Positions 46,876 through 56,734 of a stretch of 64,000 nt of DNA are shown here, one piece after another. Numbering within the stretch: position 1 is the first letter of the stretch; every line of letters begins with the position of its first letter. The stretch is from Balneolales bacterium (GTDB lineage Bacteria > Bacteroidota > Rhodothermia > Balneolales > Natronogracilivirgulaceae), in NCBI GenBank assembly GCA_007120385.1, contig SKNT01000026.1:45-64044 (forward strand), in the 5' to 3' direction. The translations under genes were made by a program, and so were the position numbers. Below the pieces are notes generated by a model. That model did not search any database and was not told the origin of the DNA. It saw nothing but the letters and a program-made list of their open reading frames with translations.

Positions 46876-47940
46876 TCAGTGGCCATGCTCATCACTATGG
46901 TCGGCAACTGCCATTCCAATGAAAAGCGCGGACAGTATGGTGAAAACATAAGCCTGAATAAAGCTGACAAGTGCTTTGATCAGGTAAATAAAGAGTGTGA
47001 GGAATACCCAGAACCAGGAGGTTCCGTAAGCCACACCCGATCCGAAAAGATCGGCAAATATAAAAATGGTTCCCAAGATCGACAAAATGAGAATTTTTCC
47101 CGATGCCATATTGGCAAAAAGTCGGATGCACAGGGCAAAAGGCTTGGTGAAAAGACCGATCAGTTCCACCGGCATCAGTATGAATTTGATGGGAACAGGC
47201 ACGCCGGGGAACCAGAATACGTGTTTCCAGTGGTCCTTGCTGGCGAATATTTGCGTGGCCGCGAACGTAAACAGGGCCAGTACTGCCGTCACGGTGATGT
47301 CGGCCGTGGAGGACACGCCCCAGGGCATCAGGCCGAAAAAGTTCATGGTCAGGATAAGGAAGAAGACAGTCAACAGGTAGGGGGTGAACATCATGTATTT
47401 TTGCTGTCCGATATTCTGCAGGGCGATTTCATCGCGGATGAAAATCACGAGTGTCTCGAACATGTTCTGAAATGCACCCTGCGGCTCTGAATTGCGACCG
47501 ATTCCCTTCCGGTACCTGATTGCCAGAGGGAAGAATAGCAGCATCACCACCAAGGCGGCCAGCCAGAAATAGACGAGGTGGGCTGTAATGGAGAAATCAA
47601 ACCCGGGCGAGGAGCCGTCGAGACGAACGATCTGGTATGATACCGGCTTAATGAGTCCGTTCTCACGCCGGGGTTCGGCGTCTATGTATGCGGCGTCGGT
47701 GAACACTTCACTTTGATTCAGCAGCGAAGTGGTACTGCGGTAAAAATGGAAGCTACCGTTGTCGTAGATGAACCGGGGCAGTTCAATGGTAGCAAGGGGC
47801 TTGAAATCAAGGTAGTATTTGTCAACAACCTTGCCGATGAGATCAATGCGATTCTCCTTACCGGAATCTGCCTTTGAAACAACAGCCAGGCTCGTAGTAA
47901 GTACAAGAGTCAGAAGGAGAAAGCGCAAAAATTGTTTCAT
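46876..47940 (-). CDS. atpB: F0 ATP synthase subunit a
   Basis: The conserved LCIRLFANM region carries the essential Arg. I prefer the Met at 47940 (MKQFLRFLLL...) over the track start at 48006. Confidence 0.9.
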   Translation of the reverse strand: MKQFLRFLLLTLVLTTSLAVVSKADSGKENRIDLIGKVVDKYYLDFKPLATIELPRFIYDNGSFHFYRSTTSLLNQSEVFTDAAYIDAEPRRENGLIKPVSYQIVRLDGSSPGFDFSITAHLVYFWLAALVVMLLFFPLAIRYRKGIGRNSEPQGAFQNMFETLVIFIRDEIALQNIGQQKYMMFTPYLLTVFFLILTMNFFGLMPWGVSSTADITVTAVLALFTFAATQIFASKDHWKHVFWFPGVPVPIKFILMPVELIGLFTKPFALCIRLFANMASGKILILSILGTIFIFADLFGSGVAYGTSWFWVFLTLFIYLIKALVSFIQAYVFTILSALFIGMAVADHSDEHGH

Positions 47941-47966
47941 CACGATACCGACGTATGCCCTCTGTG

Positions 47967-48344
47967 TTATTGTGTTAGAATATATGTCTCGAAAGCGGAT
48001 TTGCAAATATAGGAAAATAATAACGCAACTGTAAAACTAATTTGGTGCAATTCGGTAAATGCGAAGACCACGAAAACAGACACTCCGATGAAGATCATCC
48101 GGATGAACATGGCCAGCAGCATGGCCGTCATGTACCGGTTCATGGAGCCCCCGCTCATTCTGGTAAATGGATAGAAGCTGACGATAGCCAGCAGGGAAGT
48201 AACGGCAAGTGCTGCGGGCACGGGCAGAAACAGTTCTGCACTGCCAAAAAAGTACAATGGCACACCAAACAGAATCAGCATGACAATGTCCATTGCAACA
48301 ACATAACCGCTAAATTTGGCTATCCCCCTCCTGCTTGGATTCAC
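47967..48344 (-). CDS. AtpI-like small membrane protein of the atp operon
   Basis: 125 aa with 3-4 TM segments, located between atpZ and atpB. The start may be the Met at 48293 (MDIVML...), which removes the overlap with atpZ. Confidence 0.5.
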   Translation of the reverse strand: MNPSRRGIAKFSGYVVAMDIVMLILFGVPLYFFGSAELFLPVPAALAVTSLLAIVSFYPFTRMSGGSMNRYMTAMLLAMFIRMIFIGVSVFVVFAFTELHQISFTVALLFSYICKSAFETYILTQ

Positions 48345-48591
48345 TTTTGTTTTCCTTGCTTATTGAATGATTTTTCTGGTATTCGGTTCTTCCCGTTTTA
48401 GCCGCAAGCCGGAGGACGATGGAGATCAGGCTTCCGAAACCCAACAGGGCACCAATGATAACACCCCAGGGCGAGAGATCCCAGCGACTGTCCGCATAGA
48501 TTCCTATTACAACGGGCACAATCATGGATGCTGCAATTTGTGAGCCGAGTGCAATATACTCGCCATATTTTACAAGGTTTCTTGTATTCAT
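48310..48591 (-). CDS. AtpZ/AtpR-type (ATPase_gene1) small membrane protein
   Basis: 93 aa with two TM helices. The pattern YIALGSQIAASMIVPVVIGIYADSRW..PWGVIIGALLGF is typical of the AtpZ family. Confidence 0.6.
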   Translation of the reverse strand: MNTRNLVKYGEYIALGSQIAASMIVPVVIGIYADSRWDLSPWGVIIGALLGFGSLISIVLRLAAKTGRTEYQKNHSISKENKSESKQEGDSQI

Positions 48592-48670
48592 GAGCTTTGG
48601 GGAGCAAACCGTGGGTCGGAATTCCGACCGTAAAGGTGGACTGCGGCCATATCAGGGGCATGATGCTGTA

Positions 48671-49123
48671 TCAGCTGATTTTTTTCTCGGGATCCTTTTT
48701 TTCGGGCTCTTTTTTCCAGTTGGACCCGGCATCTGCACTTGTGGCAGCATGTTCTCCCATTTTGCAGGTACCGTCAATCTGCGCGCCTTCCTCCACCATA
48801 AGCACCTTGGTCTGTATGTCACCTGAAATTTTAGCCGATGACCGCAAAATAAGCCGGTTTAAAACTTTTACCTCGCCCTGAATGGTTCCGGCGACATCGG
48901 CCTCCTTCGTGTTCAGGTCACCCTTGACCAAACCTGACTCGGAAACGATGCATTTGCTCTCGGCGTGAACTTCACCTTCGATGGTACCCGAAATACGGAG
49001 GTCACTTTTACTTTTCAATGAACCGGTAAATACTGAGCCGGCACTGATGATATTTATGTTGGGTTGTCCGGGTATTTCGTTTTTCATGACAGATTTTCGT
49101 GGGTTAGAGTTTTTTCCAAACAT
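48671..49123 (-). CDS. Bactofilin (CcmA-like polymer-forming cytoskeletal protein)
   Basis: Repetitive beta-helix pattern (ISGTIEGEV.., VKGDL.., VAGTIQGEVKV.., ISGDIQT.., IDGTCKM) with disordered termini. Confidence 0.85.
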   Translation of the reverse strand: MFGKNSNPRKSVMKNEIPGQPNINIISAGSVFTGSLKSKSDLRISGTIEGEVHAESKCIVSESGLVKGDLNTKEADVAGTIQGEVKVLNRLILRSSAKISGDIQTKVLMVEEGAQIDGTCKMGEHAATSADAGSNWKKEPEKKDPEKKIS

Positions 49124-49164
49124 ACAGGAGGTTGATTATATTGATGATTTCTGGAAACAAGGGG

Positions 49165-50031
49165 CTAATTTACATTTATATAATATTGCGGGTCAAGGGA
49201 GATTCCGTTTTTCCAGAGTTCAAAATGGATGTGCGGGCCGGATGCCAGCAGGCCTGTTTCTCCCACCTTGCCAATGACATCCCCTTTGCGGACCACGTCG
49301 CCTGCGCGGTAAATCACTTCTAAAAAATGCTTGTATATGGTGGCATATCCACCGGCGTGCAGGATGTGTACCGAATATCCGTTATTGATGGTCCACTCTG
49401 AACTTACAACCACCCCATCGGCTACGGCGCGAACGTCAGTTCCCTTCCTGGCGGCAATATCGATCCCGAAATGTCCGACATCTGGCTGGTAGGTCCCTGT
49501 CAGAGTTCCTGTTACGGGCGGCTCAACGGGGAATCGTGTCTCACCGGAAAATATTTCGGAGTGGATGATCTGGTCCCATTTAAGTGACTGAACGCCGGGT
49601 ACTTGAGAAATTCGATACGTGATGGACGGAGGATCCGGTTCAGGCTCGCCATAAACCGCGTTCCATTCGGGAGTGGTATTGATGGCAAAAACCGTATCCG
49701 ACCGTTCCCTGATGATCCTCTGAATGTCATAAAGCTGCTGGTCGCGTGCCTGCAGTGAATCCTGCAGTGCCAGAACCCGTTCATGTATCTGTACCACCGA
49801 AGTCCTGATGGCCCGGTTTTCCTTGTTGAACAGATAGGTTCCAAGCGGAGTGACATAGAGAAGCAGCAGAACAAGAAGCAAGACGGCGACATTCAGGGCG
49901 CCCAGCAGGGCAAACAGTTTACCCGGTTTGAGGGTATAACTATCCTGTTGATGCGGGTTGTCATCATCAAAAAGAAGAAGTGTGACCTCTTCCCTGCGGC
50001 GTTCCAGAAGTTTTTTCAGCAGCGATTTCAC
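49165..50031 (-). CDS. M23 family metallopeptidase (TM anchor plus coiled coil plus LytM domain)
   Basis: GHFGIDIAARKGTDVRAVADGVV and GLLASGPHIHFELW. The start codon appears to be GTG. Confidence 0.85.
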   Translation of the reverse strand: MKSLLKKLLERRREEVTLLLFDDDNPHQQDSYTLKPGKLFALLGALNVAVLLLVLLLLYVTPLGTYLFNKENRAIRTSVVQIHERVLALQDSLQARDQQLYDIQRIIRERSDTVFAINTTPEWNAVYGEPEPDPPSITYRISQVPGVQSLKWDQIIHSEIFSGETRFPVEPPVTGTLTGTYQPDVGHFGIDIAARKGTDVRAVADGVVVSSEWTINNGYSVHILHAGGYATIYKHFLEVIYRAGDVVRKGDVIGKVGETGLLASGPHIHFELWKNGISLDPQYYINVN

Positions 50032-50163
50032 GGGGTAATACCGGGCTGTTCCGGTTTATTCAACAGTTTGTATCTATCGGTTTAAAATAACTGAATCAGA
50101 TATCCGGCTGTAAAAAAGAATCTTATATACGTGAGGGCACGAAAACGGTGCGGATTGCAATGA

Positions 50164-51642
50164 TCATCGTCCCGAATAATTGGGCGCTTCCTGGGTAATT
50201 TGCACCGAATGGGGGTGGCTTTCATATATTCCGGCGGCCGAGATGTGGACAAATTCGGCCTTCTGCAACTCGCCGATGGTTGCAGCGCCGCAGTAGCCCA
50301 TGGCGGCTCGAAGTCCGCCAGACATCTGGTAAATCACTTCGGAGAGGTTTCCCTTGAAGGGAACACGGCCCTCAATGCCTTCGGGCACCAGTTTCTTGAT
50401 ATCGTCTTCGACATCCTGGAAGTAGCGGTCTTTGCTTCCCTGGTTCATGGCGCTGAGACTGCCCATTCCACGGTACGTTTTGTACTTGCGCGATTCAAAA
50501 ATAATGGTTTCACCCGGACTCTCATCCACACCGGCGAACAGGGAGCCGATCATCACGGCCGTGGCGCCACCGGCAATGGCTTTGGGGATGTCACCGGTTT
50601 GCTTAATTCCGCCATCAGCGATAAGTCCGATACCGGCCCTGGTGGTGTATTCCGCAATTTCCATGACGGCACTGAGCTGCGGAACTCCCACACCGGTGAC
50701 AATGCGGGTGGTGCAAATGGAGCCGGGACCGACACCTGCCTTGACCACATCGGCGCCGGCCTTGTGCAGGGCCCTGGCGGCTTCGGCGGTTGCGATATTC
50801 CCGGCAATCATCCGGAGTTCAGGCCATTGCTTCCTGATGCGGCCGACCGTGTCTATCACACCGCTGGAATGACCATGTGCGGTATCCACCGTAATTATGT
50901 CAACTCCCGCTTCCACGAGGGCAGCGGTTCGTTCCATCGTTTCAGGCGATATACCGACAGCAGCTCCCACGCGTAGCCTGCCCATTTCATCCTTGCATGC
51001 GTTCGGGAAATTCTTCTTCTTTTCAATGTCCTTGAAAGTGATGAGCCCGATGAGCACGCCATCATCGTTGACGATCGGCAGCTTCTCAATTTTGTATTTC
51101 TGGAGCAGTTTCTCGGCTGTTTCGAGGGTTGTTCCCTCTTTGCCGGTTACCAGTCTTTCCGAGGTCATGATGTCGCCAAGCCGGGTGGACGGATCCGACT
51201 CGAAGCGCAAATCCCGGTTGGTTACAATTCCCTCGAGCACATGGTTGTCATTCACTATGGGAATGCCGCCGATCTGCAGCCGGTTCATCAGGCTTCTGGC
51301 TTCGGCGACCCGGGCCTCCCGTTTCAGGGTGACGGGGTCGACTATCATTCCGCTTTCGCTGCGCTTGACCAGGCGTACCTGCTCGGCCTGTGCTTCGATG
51401 GTCATATTCTTGTGCAGCATGGCAATCCCTCCTTCCCGCGCTATTGCAATTGCCATGCGATACTCGGAGACCGTGTCCATGGCGGCACTCAGGATGGGGA
51501 TGTTGAGTGTAAAACCGGGAATAAGTTCCACAGAAGTGTCCACATCGCGCGGAAGCACCCTGGAGTATCCGGGAATGAGGAGTACGTCGTCGTAGGTCAG
51601 GCCTTGTCGGCTGATTCGGTCGGCTGGTTTTTTCGGGGTCAT
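50164..51642 (-). CDS. guaB: IMP dehydrogenase
   Basis: GLTYDDVLLIPGYS N-terminus, CBS pair and catalytic loop GPGSICTTR. I prefer the Met at 51642 (MTPKKPADR...); the longer track ORF runs into the divergent neighbour. Confidence 0.95.
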   Translation of the reverse strand: MTPKKPADRISRQGLTYDDVLLIPGYSRVLPRDVDTSVELIPGFTLNIPILSAAMDTVSEYRMAIAIAREGGIAMLHKNMTIEAQAEQVRLVKRSESGMIVDPVTLKREARVAEARSLMNRLQIGGIPIVNDNHVLEGIVTNRDLRFESDPSTRLGDIMTSERLVTGKEGTTLETAEKLLQKYKIEKLPIVNDDGVLIGLITFKDIEKKKNFPNACKDEMGRLRVGAAVGISPETMERTAALVEAGVDIITVDTAHGHSSGVIDTVGRIRKQWPELRMIAGNIATAEAARALHKAGADVVKAGVGPGSICTTRIVTGVGVPQLSAVMEIAEYTTRAGIGLIADGGIKQTGDIPKAIAGGATAVMIGSLFAGVDESPGETIIFESRKYKTYRGMGSLSAMNQGSKDRYFQDVEDDIKKLVPEGIEGRVPFKGNLSEVIYQMSGGLRAAMGYCGAATIGELQKAEFVHISAAGIYESHPHSVQITQEAPNYSGR

Positions 51643-51726
51643 GAAAGGGCAAATATTTGATTGGCGTTTGTGTAAATTACGAAAATATGCGCAGTGAATG
51701 CAGGAACTTTTTAACACTTCTTCCGG

Positions 51727-52869
51727 ATGTCTGATATTATCCCCTTTAACCGCATTTTCAAGGATTCTGAAGAGAAAAAAGCCATGGTGGAGGCACTTGA
51801 CGGTGAATGCTGGCATGGTGATGGACCGGCCAGCAAACGAGTGGAGTCCTATCTCTGCAACTGGCTTGGCGCCCGCTATGCGTTTCTGACCACTTCCTGC
51901 ACTCATGCGCTGGAGATGGCCATGATGACGCTCGATATCGGCGAGGGTGATGAGGTGATCATGCCGTCCTTTACATTTGTCTCAACGGCCAATGCCGTGC
52001 GCATGCGTGGGGCCAGACCGGTCTTTGCCGAGATCCGAAGCAGTGATTTAACCATTGATCCGGTTGATGTGGCCACAAAAATCACACCTGCAACCAGAGC
52101 GGTAATACCAATCCATTATGCCGGTATTTCTGCCGATTTTGACGGAATCCGGCGTGCCATCGATGGCCGGGACGTTTTCATTGTAGAGGATGCCGCCCAG
52201 GCAGTCGGAGCCTACTGGAAAGATCGTGCATTGGGTACGATAGGCGACATCGGATGTTTCAGTTTCCACGACACCAAGAACATCACCTGCGGTGAGGGCG
52301 GTGCACTTCTGACCGGCGACCAGACCCTGGCGGAAAAAGCGGAGTGGATTCGTGAAAAAGGCACAAACCGATCGGCATTCCTGAGGGGTGAGATCGATAA
52401 ATATACCTGGGTCAGCCAGGGATCCAGCTATATACCATCTGACCTGCTGGCCGCACTTCTGGAAGCCCAGCTGCAAAAAAAAGAGATTATACTCGAATCA
52501 CGCAAAAAGGTTTGGGAGGCCTATATGGACCGTCTCGGTGAGTCCCGGGACAAGGGATGGATTATTCTCCCGGATATCCCCTCCTACGCCCGCATCAATT
52601 ATCATATTTTTCATTTCCATGTAAAGGACGCTGCCGACCGGGACCCGCTTATTGCCCGGTTTCGTGAGGCCGGCATTGGTGCATCGTTTCACTATGTTCC
52701 ACTTCATAACGCACCCTACGCCCGCAAAATCCTGGGGAATCAGGTCCAACTACCCCGAACCGAGCATCTGGCCGATACCCTTATCCGACTGCCGCTCTAC
52801 CCTGATCTTGTGGATATCCGGCATGACGTAGCGGATCGGGTTTACTCAGTGATTTCAAGGTATTTCTGA
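51727..52869 (+). CDS. DegT/DnrJ/EryC1-family sugar aminotransferase, WecE-like (dTDP-4-amino-4,6-dideoxyhexose type)
   Basis: IPFN.. N-terminus, LTTSCTHALEMAMMTLDIGEGDEVIMPSFTFVSTANA and the PLP-lysine segment FSFHDTKNITCGEGGAL. It looks close to E. coli WecE by recollection. Confidence 0.82.
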   Translation: MSDIIPFNRIFKDSEEKKAMVEALDGECWHGDGPASKRVESYLCNWLGARYAFLTTSCTHALEMAMMTLDIGEGDEVIMPSFTFVSTANAVRMRGARPVFAEIRSSDLTIDPVDVATKITPATRAVIPIHYAGISADFDGIRRAIDGRDVFIVEDAAQAVGAYWKDRALGTIGDIGCFSFHDTKNITCGEGGALLTGDQTLAEKAEWIREKGTNRSAFLRGEIDKYTWVSQGSSYIPSDLLAALLEAQLQKKEIILESRKKVWEAYMDRLGESRDKGWIILPDIPSYARINYHIFHFHVKDAADRDPLIARFREAGIGASFHYVPLHNAPYARKILGNQVQLPRTEHLADTLIRLPLYPDLVDIRHDVADRVYSVISRYF

Positions 52870-52871
52870 TT

Positions 52872-53963
52872 ATGCTGAAGACATCGAGCATCGATGAATG
52901 GGATAAATTCTACAAGGGGACGACTACCGCTTCGTATTTCCAGTCGTCAGGCTGGTCGCAGGTTTGGAGTCGTTACACAGGTGGCCGCTTACGTCCTGCA
53001 CCTCTTGTGACGATTCTGCCGTCAGGAAAAAAAGTTCTTGTTCCGCTGACACGGCAGCGATTGCGCGGTGGGCTTGGATCGCTTTGGCATGCTGCGCCAG
53101 CCGGAACCTACGGAGGATGGCTAACCGAACCGGGTGTCGCATTGACCGAAGAGGAGTTGCAGTTTCTCATCCGGTCACTGTTTCGTTATTGCGGATCTTT
53201 GATATTTCGAATGTTTCCGATGACACCTGTCATGGACAGCAACGGTATCATATCCAATGCTGAAAACCTTGATTTCTTTGCAGATCACAGTGGTTTATTG
53301 AGTGGTATTTCCTGTCAGGAGGATTACACCCGGCTCATCGATTGTTCCGTCGGATATGATGCGCTCAGCATGGGGTGGTCCGCCGGAAAAGGAAAAATGA
53401 AGTGGAAAATAAAGAAGGCGGTGCGCTCCGGAGTTCAGGTTCGCAAAGCGATTGGTGAAAAGGATATTGCAACGTATTATCGCATGTATCTGGATGCCTC
53501 AAAGCGATGGGATCCTCCGCCAACTCACGTTTATTCGTCTTCGTTTTTTGACCTGTTGCTGGAATCCGGTATGCATTCCGTATTGGGAAAAAGAGAACAG
53601 GGAACTTACGGGCCATGCGAAATGTGGGTGGCAGAACATGACGGCCAGGTGATAGCCGGCGCTATTATCCTGACCGGCAATCAGTATATGTCCTACTGGC
53701 ATGGTGTCTTTGATCCGGAGTACCGGGCACACCGTCCTGTCAATCTGCTGCTATCCACGCTCATCGAGGAGTGCTGCAAGCGTGGTTTGCGTTGGTTTGA
53801 TTTTAATCCGAGCATGGGAATAGAAAGTGTCGATCATTTCAAACAAAGTTTTGGTGCACAGTCCAGCAGGTGTCCTGTACTAAAGAAATCATCGGGACTT
53901 GTTCGTGCGGCAACCATGACGGGGAAATTTCTGCGCAGACTGAGTAAAGGAGATTCAGGCTGA
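52872..53963 (+). CDS. FemAB-like / GNAT-fold acyl- or aminoacyl-transferase
   Basis: N-terminal WDKFYKGTTTASYFQSSGWSQVW and C-terminal YMSYWHGVFDPEYRAHRPVNLLLSTLIEECCKRGLRWFDFNPS resemble FemAB-related proteins found in exopolysaccharide loci. Confidence 0.6.
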   Translation: MLKTSSIDEWDKFYKGTTTASYFQSSGWSQVWSRYTGGRLRPAPLVTILPSGKKVLVPLTRQRLRGGLGSLWHAAPAGTYGGWLTEPGVALTEEELQFLIRSLFRYCGSLIFRMFPMTPVMDSNGIISNAENLDFFADHSGLLSGISCQEDYTRLIDCSVGYDALSMGWSAGKGKMKWKIKKAVRSGVQVRKAIGEKDIATYYRMYLDASKRWDPPPTHVYSSSFFDLLLESGMHSVLGKREQGTYGPCEMWVAEHDGQVIAGAIILTGNQYMSYWHGVFDPEYRAHRPVNLLLSTLIEECCKRGLRWFDFNPSMGIESVDHFKQSFGAQSSRCPVLKKSSGLVRAATMTGKFLRRLSKGDSG

Positions 53964-55414
53964 TGGGTCTTCAGCAGAAGGCATATCGCAGCGCCGGATG
54001 GAGCGGACTGGGCGGAATCGTATCCAACAGTCTGGAGCTGATCAAGTATGTCATTCTTGCGCGGTTGCTGAATCCGGCTGATTTCGGCCTGCTGGCCATG
54101 GCCATGGTAATCATCAGCCTGGGCCGGATCTTTGCCGACGGCGGGACCAGCAACGCCGTTATCCATTACCGCAACCATACCGGCCGGCAGCTCTCGACGC
54201 TCTACTGGATAAACATTGGAGCCGGGCTGCTTCTTTTTGCGCTGGTCTACGTCACCGCTCCTCTTTTTGCGTCTTTTTACGGTGAGCCGGAAGTCGGACA
54301 GCTGCTGCGTCTCGGCGGGCTGATCCTCCCCTTGTATGCCGCCGGTGCACTTTATGAGGTAATGTTACGCAAAGAACTGGCGTTCAAATATATAACGATT
54401 TCTGAAAGTTTCAGTTCACTGGCCGGATTGGTCACCGCCGTCGTGCTGGCCCTGTCGGGATTCGGCGCCTACTCACTGATATGGGCGCATCTCGCATCAG
54501 CGGGGATCCTCAGCCTGCTGTACATAGTCAACGGGATCAGATCCTGGAGTCCCTCCTTGTGCTTCCATCCGAGCGAAGTTGGGCCGCATGTAAATTTCGG
54601 TCTGTTCCAGATGGGCGACAGGGGTCTCAGTGTATACGCCACCCGGATCGACCAGCTGATCATCGGGCGTTTTTTCGGAGCGGAAATTCTGGGCGCCTAC
54701 CATCTGGCCTACCATCTGGTGCTGTTCCCGATATCCCGCCTGAGTCCTCTGCTGAACCGGGTGGCTTTCCCTGTTTTCTCAAGCCGGCAGGATAACGATC
54801 CGGTTCTGCGCAACGGCTATCTCAAGCTGATGCGGGCGATGATATCGCTCACCGCACCGCTGTTTCTTCTGGCGGCGCTGAGCGCACCCTGGCTGGTGCC
54901 GCTGCTCTTTGGTGAGGGATGGGAGCTGGCAGCCGCACTGATTCCGCTTATGGCGGCCATCGGACTGCTGCGCATGGCCGGGAACCCGAGCGGCAACATA
55001 GTACTGGCCAAGGGACGTGCGCGTCTTCTTTTTCTTTGGAATCTTGGCACGGCGGTTTTCAGCACGCTCGTCTTCCTTGCCGGAGCCCAGTACAGTGTTC
55101 AAGTTCTTTTGTGGATGTATCTTGGTTCCAATGTGTTATATTTTGCTGTCGGACAAACTGTTATGGTGAACATGATAATCGGTTTGTCGTGGGCCCGGTT
55201 TCTGGGAGCAACGGCTGGCGTTGCGGGTATTCTTGTCGTGTCATGGGCCGTGGCCCTGGCCGGCCGGAACCTTGTGCTGGCCGGTTTTGGGGAGCCGGGC
55301 GACCCGGTTATGGTTGCCATCGTTGCCTTGCTGTTCCTGATAGTGTACCTTCCCTTACTGTGGCGGACACAGGCCGGGTTTATTCGCGAGTTCCTGGATG
55401 CTCTCAGGAAGTGA
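53963..55414 (+). CDS. Wzx-type (MOP superfamily) polysaccharide flippase
   Basis: 483 aa with about 12-14 TM helices and an N-terminus typical of polysaccharide biosynthesis (PST) proteins. Its ATG overlaps the upstream stop (TGATG). Confidence 0.78.
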   Translation: MGLQQKAYRSAGWSGLGGIVSNSLELIKYVILARLLNPADFGLLAMAMVIISLGRIFADGGTSNAVIHYRNHTGRQLSTLYWINIGAGLLLFALVYVTAPLFASFYGEPEVGQLLRLGGLILPLYAAGALYEVMLRKELAFKYITISESFSSLAGLVTAVVLALSGFGAYSLIWAHLASAGILSLLYIVNGIRSWSPSLCFHPSEVGPHVNFGLFQMGDRGLSVYATRIDQLIIGRFFGAEILGAYHLAYHLVLFPISRLSPLLNRVAFPVFSSRQDNDPVLRNGYLKLMRAMISLTAPLFLLAALSAPWLVPLLFGEGWELAAALIPLMAAIGLLRMAGNPSGNIVLAKGRARLLFLWNLGTAVFSTLVFLAGAQYSVQVLLWMYLGSNVLYFAVGQTVMVNMIIGLSWARFLGATAGVAGILVVSWAVALAGRNLVLAGFGEPGDPVMVAIVALLFLIVYLPLLWRTQAGFIREFLDALRK

Positions 55415-55564
55415 CCGGCATGGGAATGAGGAAGCATGGTCCGGCAAAACAAACCGTGCATTGTGCCGGGGCGCGCGGTTTTCAGGTTCAGGCCCCATCC
55501 ACCCCCGATAGTATTCAATCGACTCTTTTCAATGTTCAAATAAACGTTCATTAACGATTTACAG

Positions 55565-56725
55565 ATGACCCTGACCGTTGCCCACAGTTTTCCGGTATGG
55601 CTTCCGCAGACCCAGACCTGGCTATACAACCAGGTCCGTTTTCTTCCGCCCGGGGCAACATCCCACATACTCTGCAAGGAAGTGCAGCATATGGAGCAGT
55701 TTCATCTTCCCAATATCCATTCCCTTTCCGGGGCATCCAGCCGGCTTACGCGGTTAAGCACGCATTTATTCCGTCACATGGATTATCATCTTTTTGTCAG
55801 GCACATGTGTCTGAAACTGGAGCCGGATGTCCTGCACTCCCATTTTGGTCCGGTGGGATGGAAAAACCATCTCGTCGCACGTCTTCTTCCATCCACCCGG
55901 CTGGAAAAAATCAGGCGGGTGGTCACTTTTTACGGGCAGGATGTGGACCATCTGCCAAAAACCAATCCGGTCTGGCGCAAAAGATACCGTGATATGTTCG
56001 AGCGGACGGACCTGGTTCTATGTGAGGGTTCCGTCATGGCCGGCAAGGTGGAAGCGCTTGGATGTCCGTCGGACCGGATCCGGATCCATCACCTGGGGGT
56101 TGATTTGGGTTCCATTCCATTTGAACCCAGGGTTAAAAAGAGCGGGGAGCCGTTTCGTGTGCTGATGGCGGCGGCATTCCGTCCAAAGAAAGGGTTTATA
56201 TACGGCCTGAAGGCACTGGAACTGGTTTCCCGGAAATTTGAACTGGAAGTGACGCTGGTCGGTGACGCAACTGACGATGCCGAATCGGCCAGGGAAAAAC
56301 AGAAGATTCTTGATTTTTTACAAGGATCACAACTTGGCGAGCGAGTGAAACTGACCGGGTTTCTGGCGGTAAAGGGTTTGTACGAGGCGGCTCGCAGCCA
56401 TCATATTTATCTGGCCCCCAGCGTCGCCGCCGATGACGGGGACAATGAAGGCGGGGCGCCTGTGTCGCTGATTGAAATGGCGGCATCCGGAATGCCGGTG
56501 GTAAGCTCCAGGCATTGCGACATACCGGAAATTATCCGCAACGGTCACAGCGGGTTGCTGGCCGATGAGCGTGATGTTGCTGGTTTGGCCCGCTGCCTTG
56601 GCAGCCTGATGGATGATCCGGGATCCTGGAAGAGTTTGGCACAGAATGCCCGGACCCACATCGAGGAGAATTACAATGCCGCAACGCAGGGTGAAGCTCT
56701 TTATAAATTATATGAAATGGCATGA
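55565..56725 (+). CDS. GT4 family glycosyltransferase (WcaL-like)
   Basis: SFPVWLPQTQTWLYNQV N-terminus and SLIEMAASGMPVVSSRHCDIPEII in the C-terminal GT-B domain. Confidence 0.8.
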   Translation: MTLTVAHSFPVWLPQTQTWLYNQVRFLPPGATSHILCKEVQHMEQFHLPNIHSLSGASSRLTRLSTHLFRHMDYHLFVRHMCLKLEPDVLHSHFGPVGWKNHLVARLLPSTRLEKIRRVVTFYGQDVDHLPKTNPVWRKRYRDMFERTDLVLCEGSVMAGKVEALGCPSDRIRIHHLGVDLGSIPFEPRVKKSGEPFRVLMAAAFRPKKGFIYGLKALELVSRKFELEVTLVGDATDDAESAREKQKILDFLQGSQLGERVKLTGFLAVKGLYEAARSHHIYLAPSVAADDGDNEGGAPVSLIEMAASGMPVVSSRHCDIPEIIRNGHSGLLADERDVAGLARCLGSLMDDPGSWKSLAQNARTHIEENYNAATQGEALYKLYEMA

Positions 56726-56734
56726 GGTATACCA

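Noticed and set aside
51643-51906. An 88-codon N-terminal extension of guaB. Analogous extensions occur at 12634-12753, 21473-21655, 23538-23582, 30763-30840, 47941-48006, 57858-57959 and 59645-59710.
   Set aside because: The extensions overlap neighbouring genes or divergent promoters and have no homology-like content. The internal Met in each case is followed by the canonical N-terminus or by a signal/lipobox sequence.
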